From an uncultured virus (IMG/VR IMGVR_UViG_3300010885_047555) (Duplodnaviria; Heunggongvirae; Uroviricota; Caudoviricetes), in IMG/VR virus record IMGVR_UViG_3300010885_047555: 20,000 nt of DNA; one strand, given 5' to 3'. A program made the translations under genes and the position numbers. Under the pieces are notes generated by a model. The model worked only from the letters and a program-made list of their open reading frames with translations. It was not told the DNA's origin and did no database searches. Positions within the stretch are counted from its first letter, which is position 1. The number at the start of each line of letters is the position of its first letter. Positions 16,001-20,000 of the stretch are shown here, piece by piece.

Positions 16001-16432
16001 GCCAAGGCTAAAATTGTAGGAGCACTAGAAGCGGCTAAAATGCCTAAAGAGATGCTTACCGAGCCAACACCAGAATTGGTAAGGGCGATTAAAGAAATAG
16101 TGAACCAACAGGTAAAAAATGTTCAAGCAATCAAAACAGACCAGGAGAGCACTGGTATGAAAGTTTACGGCCCAGAACGTTTAACGCAAGAAGCAAATTC
16201 CTTGGCCGATTTAACCAAAGTATGGCAACTTACGGACAATTATGTCCAGTCTGTAATAACAGAGGCCAAAACTGCTCGTGAGCGTCAAATGATTGAGTCT
16301 GGGGCGGGTTCCGGTCCGCGGGTTATTGGCTTGAATGTAAATGACGAAGATGCTATGAATAAAATTATTGAAGCCTTTGGACTTCCTAAGAATAAGGTTA
16401 TTGACGAAAACGGAAACTACGTAGATGTCTGA
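13034..16432 (+). CDS. Large (about 1130 aa) putative internal head/ejection protein with a degenerate JAB/MPN-like domain
   Basis: AGGAG at 13024-13028 favours the GTG start at 13034. N-terminal IxK sites, an RDPGGRF motif, and a JAB-like segment at about 14360-14600. Confidence 0.7.
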   Translation: MTFNPISRAKLGVAADDPFFDDDAAAKMYHEISKMDQDEATVLLQMAAFHVAARDLTRYGEVIEAGYNKEIAKRAERVKGTLTRNLISKGKDPAPYLAYLDEISKAVDPITDWDISNRVKRQLRDPGGRFRVMTHKIEPNILDKPIRAGEAQKLGIPKPSRAGGTDKGVRLDDAANKKFQGDYYQVSNLLKTIQNDPITAKGAVVTLNYTDGTTDQFLTTEGQDKLKDKFAGEKYATGNRVASVDLSFLREDNPQIDLMSAMGVPGGGMRNQAINYMSNVNGQDKALVDYGTSMNSYRDTDVLNPADRAYRRLGATANLLSNILPDSAIKTQLALNAAKWAGFNATEVERVIGPGARKVAYRYRGIEKAPNPGLQKTIDAYIAGTKGNKDKARDILINGSNVEMATNNGVRQEFKESPIIQYLVKDLPKKELVNLQTKSGAMPPSRGYIIDRNGKIITEAAGYGDDHYLPFNLKNISKLKGGEYVRTRTLGGPTTEDIYAGLISGARSVTVVSRSGIYTVEFDEAFRGSRRYNDKAARMVGRYGMILDAVKSGDVTLETVPGDRIEELKSEAFRLYPDETSEGYARELNRLKKVEESNPRMSQTRLDETAREFLRTVASRQKTRDGSEMTYDEMVAGLINRDVATQVAEDTAWLGGIQGAPTGTIEANAREMIATKYKNPEAIINTIGLDDEYNKFFETQMKTYKASQAPLRLDGPGYAFALDAMKEQFPYYIKSIKYRQLNQSDADTRRDVGYVKPNFTRPEGVQAGYYDASINGSKKISADRLNYQNLRVVGTYDRSGGQQPVDYNPPANRRAETNNGNEDKNVGFGDTRTPNSNPETKKNSAKDVREMFQKRTATDRNYNSPKFGVVASGSELDVHFKAAFPFTFGMTPTEFDEAWDDNPDMVEASMKREIAQLREFFTLGNSESAKLFAFNNGGNVPIMKYDRLNPPLSEILKGSKFDFGDPLFMPGIESDRIKAKLETDPNLAGAKAKIVGALEAAKMPKEMLTEPTPELVRAIKEIVNQQVKNVQAIKTDQESTGMKVYGPERLTQEANSLADLTKVWQLTDNYVQSVITEAKTARERQMIESGAGSGPRVIGLNVNDEDAMNKIIEAFGLPKNKVIDENGNYVDV

Positions 16433-16784
16433 TATTAAGGTATATAACGTTAGATTCGCTAAAGGTGCTACTTGGAAGCTTGCCTTTACATGGTATGACA
16501 AAAACGCAACAACTGGGGTAAAGACGGCAAAGAACCTAACTGGATACACTGCAAAACTGCAAATTAGACGTTCTGGTACAGCCATTTTAACGACCAGTAC
16601 AGCGCTTAACACTATTACCCTAGGTGGAACTGCTGGAACGGTAGTTTCAATCGCTTCAGCAACCCTTACAGGGGCTTGTGACGCAGGTTCTGCGGAGTGG
16701 GCTATTGAACTAACCTCCAGCGGAGGTGAAGTTACAGAGGTGCTTCGTGGTCAAGCAATGATTGAACCGGAGATTGTAGTTTGA
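16425..16784 (+). CDS. Virion structural adaptor (BppU N-terminal-like beta protein)
   Basis: KGATW...NLTGYTAKLQIR...GTV...WAIEL....GEV..VLRG is a pattern common in phage proteins that precede fibre genes. Confidence 0.7.
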   Translation: MSDIKVYNVRFAKGATWKLAFTWYDKNATTGVKTAKNLTGYTAKLQIRRSGTAILTTSTALNTITLGGTAGTVVSIASATLTGACDAGSAEWAIELTSSGGEVTEVLRGQAMIEPEIVV

Positions 16785-18703
16785 TTGAAGTAATCGAGAT
16801 TGAGGTAAACCCTACTGTCGTAGAGGTAATAGGAACAAATTCTTCTGTAGAGATTACAGAAGAGATGTTTGTAATCGAGACCTCTGGTGTTGGCATTCAG
16901 GGTATTGATGGACCACAGGGTGCAACGGGTTCGTCAGGTCCTGCTAACACTTTATCTGTTGGTACCGTCACTGTGGGTGCGGCGGCGGCAAGTATTACTG
17001 GCACTGCTCCGACACAAACTTTAAATCTTGTTTTGCAGACTGGTCCGCAAGGAACTAATGGTTCTCAGGGTGCACAAGGCGCACAGGGCGCACAAGGTGC
17101 ACAGGGCGCAACAGGTTCAACAGGTGCAACAGGTGTTGGATATTCTGGGGTTGTTTCAACTAGCGCAATCACCATTGGAACGGGAATCAAAACTTTCAGC
17201 TTGACGGGTGGAAATGCTGGCGCGTTCATTACTGGCCAACGAATCCGCGCGATTCATAGTGAGACACCAACTTATTGGATGGAAGGTTACGCCAATTACA
17301 TTGGTGGTGGAACTTTAATTCTGACAGTTGATGTGATTGCAGGTAGTGGTTCACACAACAACTGGAACTTTGGCATCGCTGGCCAGGTTGGTTCACAAGG
17401 TGCAACTGGGCCACAAGGTGCACAAGGTGCACAGGGTAGTCAGGGTGCGGCTTCTACTGTTGCAGGTCCACAGGGTGCACAGGGTTCCGCTGGCGCACAA
17501 GGTGCTGCTGGAACGAACGGCACTAATGGTTCTCAAGGTGCACAAGGTGCACAGGGCTCTGCGGGCACTAACGGAACTAACGGTTCTCAAGGTTTCCAAG
17601 GTGCTCAAGGGTCTCAAGGTAATCAAGGCGCACAAGGCGCACAAGGTGCTACTCCTGCTCTAGGTTCCGCTACACCATTGGCTGTCAGCACAGCCGCCGT
17701 TGGTACTGCAACAAATGCTTCGCATGAAGACCACATTCACCCAACAACTAACTTGGCGCTACTTAACGCGGCTAATGCGTTCACTGTTGGCGGTCATGTA
17801 ATCCCTGCGGAAAATACTTCAACAGTGAACTTGATTTTGAAACTCAACGGCGCAGTTGGCAGTGGCATTGACCCGCTTCGGATTCAAACTAGCGGTGGAA
17901 CAACACTTGGTTACATCAACAACTATGGTGGTTTTTACGGAGCAGCATTTGGACCCGCTAATCAAACTGGCGGATTCATTACAACTGCCAACTCGTCAAC
18001 CGTTTCCATAGCAACAAATGTGACAACCACTGTTCCGCTTACCGTCAAGGGTGCAGCGTCTCAGACAGCCAATTTGCAATCTTGGACAAACTCCGCGGGA
18101 ACAGTTCTTGCCTACATTGACTCGGCTGGCAACACAAACTTCAGCGGCTCAGGTTCATGGGTTCAATCATCCACAGGTAAAGCCGCTTTTATTGTAAACT
18201 CTGCCACAGCAATTCCTCTCACCGCCAAAGGTGCGTCTGGTCAATCCGCCAACTTGCAAGAATGGCAAAATAGTGCTGGAACAGTGCTGGCTTATATTGA
18301 CTCGGCTGGTGTTCAATATGTTCAATCAGGTTTGTATGTTGGTTTGTATCCCGCTGGAACCCGCGCCGCTATCACTACTGGTTCGGCAGCAACCATCGGA
18401 CTCATAGTTCGTGGTGTTGTGTCCCAGACGGCTAACTTGCAAGAATGGCAAAACTCTAGCGGAACTGTGCTTACCTCTGTAAATGCTTACGGTTCCGTAG
18501 GTATTGTTGGAACCGCGTTTACATCTAGCGCACAGTTATTTATTCGTACTGGAGCAGCGTCATATGTTGGTGCTGCTATTAGAGGTGAAGTCTCTCAAAC
18601 AGGCGACTTGCAACAATGGCAAAATAGTGGTGGAACTGTGTTGGCAAAGGTAGACTCTGCGGGTGCTTTTCAAGCAGTAACCATTGACGGCGGAAGCGCC
18701 TAA
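16781..18703 (+). CDS. Collagen-repeat fibre protein with repeated C-terminal modules
   Basis: Gly-X-Y blocks (GAQ, GSQ, GTN), ASHEDHIHP motif, four QxxNLQxWxNSxGTVL repeats, terminal IDGGSA; TTGA overlap start. Confidence 0.88.
   Translation: MIEVIEIEVNPTVVEVIGTNSSVEITEEMFVIETSGVGIQGIDGPQGATGSSGPANTLSVGTVTVGAAAASITGTAPTQTLNLVLQTGPQGTNGSQGAQGAQGAQGAQGATGSTGATGVGYSGVVSTSAITIGTGIKTFSLTGGNAGAFITGQRIRAIHSETPTYWMEGYANYIGGGTLILTVDVIAGSGSHNNWNFGIAGQVGSQGATGPQGAQGAQGSQGAASTVAGPQGAQGSAGAQGAAGTNGTNGSQGAQGAQGSAGTNGTNGSQGFQGAQGSQGNQGAQGAQGATPALGSATPLAVSTAAVGTATNASHEDHIHPTTNLALLNAANAFTVGGHVIPAENTSTVNLILKLNGAVGSGIDPLRIQTSGGTTLGYINNYGGFYGAAFGPANQTGGFITTANSSTVSIATNVTTTVPLTVKGAASQTANLQSWTNSAGTVLAYIDSAGNTNFSGSGSWVQSSTGKAAFIVNSATAIPLTAKGASGQSANLQEWQNSAGTVLAYIDSAGVQYVQSGLYVGLYPAGTRAAITTGSAATIGLIVRGVVSQTANLQEWQNSSGTVLTSVNAYGSVGIVGTAFTSSAQLFIRTGAASYVGAAIRGEVSQTGDLQQWQNSGGTVLAKVDSAGAFQAVTIDGGSA
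17042..17650 (+). repeat. Collagen-coding 9-nt tandem repeats (CAAGGTGCA-like) in two blocks
   Basis: Blocks at about 17042-17140 and 17381-17650 encode (GAQ/GSQ/GTN)n and flank a globular insert. Confidence 0.85.
18030..18665 (+). repeat. Four approximately 60-codon repeats in the fibre C-terminus
   Basis: Repeat cores begin at about 18062, 18242, 18425 and 18596, e.g. GCCAACTTGCAAGAATGGCAAAA. Confidence 0.85.
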
Positions 18704-18721
18704 TAACCTTAAGGAAAAATA

Positions 18722-18949
18722 ATGGCAATTGATTTCTCAACCCTATTAACAACTGAGCAAAAGCGTTCCGTACTTACTGCCCGTGTAGAGCAGTTTGCTA
18801 ATGAAGGCTACCAGCACACCCTCAACAAACAAATCTCTGAATCTGTTGGAGATGCCGAAGGTGTGGCTGCTTCTGACGCCGCTATTGCAACCATCTCAGC
18901 AGCGATTGAAATCCATCAGGCAGAACTCGCTGCCCTACCAGCGGAGTAA
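18722..18949 (+). CDS. Small acidic helical protein between fibre genes (possible fibre chaperone or accessory)
   Basis: AAGGA RBS; 75 aa, Ala/Glu-rich; function inferred only from position. Confidence 0.7.
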   Translation: MAIDFSTLLTTEQKRSVLTARVEQFANEGYQHTLNKQISESVGDAEGVAASDAAIATISAAIEIHQAELAALPAE

Positions 18950-18953
18950 TTAA

Positions 18954-20000
18954 ATGGCAGTCAAGACGACCATCCAGACACGTAGAGATACCGCTGCCAA
19001 CTGGACTTCAACCAACCCCACATTAGCGGCTGGTGAAATTGGCTACGAGACAGATACCCACACTTTTAAGATCGGTACTGGCTCTACGGCGTGGACTTCT
19101 TTGGCTTATCAAAATACGACTGGTGCTCAAGGTCCACAGGGTTATCAGGGTGCTACTGGTGCTCAAGGACCACAAGGCTATCAAGGTTCTATTGGAAATC
19201 AAGGTTCTCAGGGATTTCAAGGCTACCAAGGTTCGACCGGCACCAATGGTGCACAAGGTTCACAAGGTTCACAAGGTGCACAAGGCGCACAGGGTTTTCA
19301 AGGTGCTCAAGGTTTTCAAGGTTCAACAGGAACTGGATCACAGGGCGCACAAGGCGCACAAGGTTCAGCTGGTACCAACGGAACCAACGGAACCAACGGA
19401 ACCAATGGTGCGCAAGGTGCACAAGGTTCTCAAGGTTCTCAAGGTTCTCAAGGTTACAAATCAGGCTTGCGTTATGCTTGGCAAACGCAAGCAGACTACA
19501 GTTCAAACGCTGGTGTTTATGCTGGTGGGTACATTGCTCCGAGTAGTGATGCCAGTTGGGCTGCAATCACAAGCCTTCTTATTGGTCGAGAAGACCAGTT
19601 TGCAAACAATCAAGCCGCTTACATTCAACTTTTCAACAGTGTTGTCGGTCCCAAAAAGGGACAGATTGTTCTCAAAGGTGATTCAAACTCCAGCACATCG
19701 TGGGCTTCGTTCAATGTCACTGGAACAATAACTCAAGACTCAGATGGCTATGTGATTTGGTATGTAGTACCTGTCACCTATGTCAGTTCAGGATCAACTT
19801 TCTCGTCAGCCAACAAAGTTCAAATAGATTTCATGCTGGCTGGCGACAATGGCGCAAGTCTTCTTTACGCCAATAGGTCGCAGCGTTACTACCCTGTACA
19901 AAACTGGGGTGCTCTTGCAGGTTCAACTCAGGCTCTTGCCGCTGACCGAATGGTCGCTGTTCCGTTCTTGACAGGAAACGCATCACTAAGCATTGACAGA
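18954..20000 (+). CDS. Second collagen-repeat fibre protein with Mtd_N/hyaluronidase-N-like domain; 3'-truncated and absent from the ORF track
   Basis: ATG 18954 reads MAVKTTIQTRRDTAANWTSTNPTLAAGEIGYETDTHTFKIGTGSTAWTSLAY, then (GAQ/GSQ/GTN)n at about 19121-19456. The frame stays open to the window end. Confidence 0.9.
   Translation, partial: MAVKTTIQTRRDTAANWTSTNPTLAAGEIGYETDTHTFKIGTGSTAWTSLAYQNTTGAQGPQGYQGATGAQGPQGYQGSIGNQGSQGFQGYQGSTGTNGAQGSQGSQGAQGAQGFQGAQGFQGSTGTGSQGAQGAQGSAGTNGTNGTNGTNGAQGAQGSQGSQGSQGYKSGLRYAWQTQADYSSNAGVYAGGYIAPSSDASWAAITSLLIGREDQFANNQAAYIQLFNSVVGPKKGQIVLKGDSNSSTSWASFNVTGTITQDSDGYVIWYVVPVTYVSSGSTFSSANKVQIDFMLAGDNGASLLYANRSQRYYPVQNWGALAGSTQALAADRMVAVPFLTGNASLSIDR

Noticed and set aside
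17229..17663. ORFs 17337..17663, 17393..17644 and 17229..17432
   Set aside because: Shadow frames of 9-nt collagen repeats in the 16781..18703 fibre gene.
19023..19731. ORFs 19033..19731, 19091..19546, 19189..19566 and 19023..19256
   Set aside because: Shadow frames of the collagen repeats in the real gene starting at 18954.
18954..20000. Diversity-generating retroelement suggested by the Mtd_N-like domain
   Set aside because: No reverse transcriptase and no TR/VR pair with adenine-specific mismatches in the window. The N-terminal domain alone is a generic fibre module.
1..20000. tRNA genes, integrase or transposase, inteins, stop-codon reassignment
   Set aside because: I recognised no cloverleaf, recombinase or intein motifs by eye. 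Genes end at TAA, TAG and TGA with tight coupling under the standard code.

Overview
A 20 kb segment of a tailed dsDNA bacteriophage genome with all credible genes on the + strand. A WhiB gene and an actinophage-type membrane protein point to an actinobacterial host, and the fairly low GC suggests a low-GC, possibly freshwater, lineage (inference). Order: 3' end of a DnaE-type polymerase, HNH nuclease, Cas4-like nuclease, small hypothetical and membrane genes, HslV/proteasome-beta-like Ntn protease, M23 peptidase plus membrane protein, Cys-rich HTH protein, metallophosphoesterase, RuvC-like resolvase, WhiB, small terminase, a C1q-like protein, large terminase, portal, three unusual post-portal proteins, a virion adaptor and two collagen-repeat fibre genes (the last truncated). 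The most interesting signal is in the post-portal genes. Two of them share a 'MISxFGxEHG..IxK|A' leader and are built from unrelated modules separated by recurring [IV]-x-K|[ASG] sites, and a third carries similar sites at its N-terminus. This suggests capsid-targeted, protease-processed cargo polyproteins. There is also a minus-strand structured RNA candidate at about 1872-1964. All family assignments come from motif recognition by eye; no database searches were run.
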